DNA of 64,000 bases from Tubulanus polymorphus (lineage: Eukaryota; Animalia; Nemertea), in contig NC_134030.1 of assembly GCF_964204645.1 (NCBI RefSeq), positions 355,355 to 419,354 of the forward strand, in the 5' to 3' direction. Shown one piece after another: positions 62,073 to 64,000 of this stretch (its first letter is position 1; the number at the start of each line of letters is the position of its first letter). The position numbers were made by a program, and so were the translations under genes. Below the pieces are notes generated by a model that made no database searches, was not told where the DNA came from, and worked only from the letters and a program-made list of their open reading frames with translations.

Positions 62073-62786
62073 TCATTTTGTTCTCGGTAATTGCAGTTGG
62101 GTTATCTCCTTTTCTAACAACGCTATCTCTTTCATCAGTTCCAATTTCTCATTTACCAATCTCAAATTAACCACCGAGAGTGGTTCATCTACAACTGTTT
62201 CATCTTCAACTGGTTCATCTACAACTGGTTCATCTAATTGCTGTTGGGTTAGCATTTCTAACAACGCTATATCTTTCATCAGGTCTTCTGCAACTGTTTC
62301 TTCTACAACTGGTTCTTCTGCAACTGGTTCTTCTACAACTGGTTCTTCTGCAACTGTTTCTTCTACAACTGGTTCATCTTCAACTTGTTCTTCTGCAACT
62401 GGTTCTTCTGCAACTACCGGTTTTTTATTCTTTCTTCCCCTACGTTTCTTTGGTTTAGTTTCTTGCCCGTTCAAATCTTTGGTATCTTCACCTTGTTCAC
62501 CTTCAGTCACCGTTTTCTGGTTGTTTTTTTTAGATTTTTTTACTTTCTTGGATTTTTTCCTTTTTCTCGTCTTTTCTCCAGTGGCGTCTTGTGGGACTAC
62601 TGCTAACCCTGTATCACTGTCTCCTGCCGCCGCCGCTGCCGCCGAGTCGAGAAGCTCTGTCGATGATGACGCCTGCTCGATGAGGTCTACTTGCTCTTTC
62701 TTACCCTTGCGTTTGTTTCGTCTTTTCGAATCGACAAAAACCACAAAAACGATGGCGATAACGAGGAAAACTCTTATAATATTCAT
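62073..62786 (-). CDS. Orphan secreted low-complexity protein (basic N-half, Glu-rich EEPVV repeats)
   Basis: ATG 62786; signal-peptide-like MNIIRVFLVIAIVFVVFVDS; strong acceptor TTGCTTTCAG at ~62804 and upstream donor GTAAGC at ~63745 suggest a spliced 5'UTR. Confidence 0.7.
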   Translation of the reverse strand: MNIIRVFLVIAIVFVVFVDSKRRNKRKGKKEQVDLIEQASSSTELLDSAAAAAAGDSDTGLAVVPQDATGEKTRKRKKSKKVKKSKKNNQKTVTEGEQGEDTKDLNGQETKPKKRRGRKNKKPVVAEEPVAEEQVEDEPVVEETVAEEPVVEEPVAEEPVVEETVAEDLMKDIALLEMLTQQQLDEPVVDEPVEDETVVDEPLSVVNLRLVNEKLELMKEIALLEKEITQLQLPRTK

Positions 62787-62934
62787 GGCCTTCGTCGGTG
62801 TTTCTGAAAGCAACGAGAAAACTGGTTTTTATTTTGTGATATCTAGTTCTAAGATTTGCGTCAGCCTTTGAGACGCCGTCATAGCAACCAACATTTTATA
62901 GGCTTCGGTCAACATTTCATAAACGATCGTTCAT

Positions 62935-63290
62935 ATTAATAATAATAATAATAATAATGATGATAATGATAATGATAATGATAATGATAATGATAATAGC
63001 AATAATAATAATAGCAACAGCAACAGCAACAGCAATAGCAATACAAATGTAATTACATTACAAAAATATATATTATTATATTATTAGATAATACAATAGT
63101 AATGATAAAAATTCACGTATTAATAATAATAATTAATAATAATAACTAATAATAATCATTGCCATAATGATATAATATGTCAACATAATATGATAATATA
63201 TATATCATTATCATATTATCTTAAAAAATATGATAATTAATACGTATAATAATAATAATGATAATAATAATAATGATAATTAATACGTAT
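62935..63290. repeat. AT-rich (AAT/GAT/AAC)n low-complexity tract
   Basis: Degenerate trinucleotide repeats in the putative first intron of the orphan gene. Confidence 0.85.
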
Positions 63291-64000
63291 TTTGATTTGT
63301 ACTGCTCTAGATCAAAAATTTATAAGCGATACCAAATTCGTTTAAAAGTAAGACGTAATATAAAGTGAATTTATAAATCGGGATAAGATTGTGATAAATA
63401 AACCGAGTGAAATTCTACAATAGATTCGACCAATAATTGAAAAAAGTTTTCCAATGGACGAGAATAAATATTTCCATCAGCGGCAGGCTTACTGAGTGCT
63501 AGATTTACAAGATATATTTATACAGAAATCAAACAAAGTGAGCGATCAAAAAAGTAATTCCAGTATTAAGCAACTTTACAACTTTTGAAATTGAGATTTA
63601 TTTTCATTCAAATGTTACATTAATAGACGATATTCCAAATATATGTTAAAAAGTAAGGAAAATGTAACAGGATAATTGAGCTACACAGAGTACACGGACA
63701 GACGGTAACAGATCAACAACAAACAATCAGTGAATTATTGCTTACCTTCTGTTCGTTAATAAATTGAGAATGTACGAATTATAACAACAGTGTGGAATAT
63801 CGTTCGTTTTAACCGGTCTTAAATACACGGAATCGATTCATTTTTCGTTCAACGGCATGATTATCGGCGATTAGCAACAGACGTTTGGCACCTCCGCCTG
63901 TGAGCGTAAACACAATTGTGAATAATGCGAAATTTTGAAATCAATCAACGCACAACAAGTAACATCTAATTCGACACGTGGACAGTAAATAAATCATTCT

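Overview
Eukaryotic (bilaterian invertebrate-type), AT-rich genomic DNA with GT-AG introns. Spliced genes reconstructed by hand: BMPR2/wishful thinking-like type II receptor kinase (-), ATP synthase subunit c (-) head-to-head with JAZF1 (+), an SLC49A4/DIRC2-like MFS transporter (+), PTPMT1 (+) convergent with SDHD (-), a secreted PAN/Apple + C-type-lectin-like gene (-) and an orphan secreted charged protein (-). There is also a tRNA-Gly(TCC) and six single-exon class A GPCRs (a duplicated pair, a singleton and a near-identical 2.85-kb tandem triplication), amid MITEs, LINE remnants and many minisatellites. The most striking pattern is that five conserved genes carry tandem repeats straddling functional gene boundaries. 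Splice acceptors are copied 3 to about 10 times upstream of the real exon, one donor is duplicated, and two stop-codon regions are copied about 4 times. In several arrays each copy reads AG|GT, so they could work as recursive-splicing ratchets or intron-gain intermediates. Other signals are CTCF-like motifs multiplied inside several arrays, Penelope-type hammerhead-like motifs within inverted repeats, and tRNA-derived mobile satellites. Coordinates were read by eye and may be off by a few bases.
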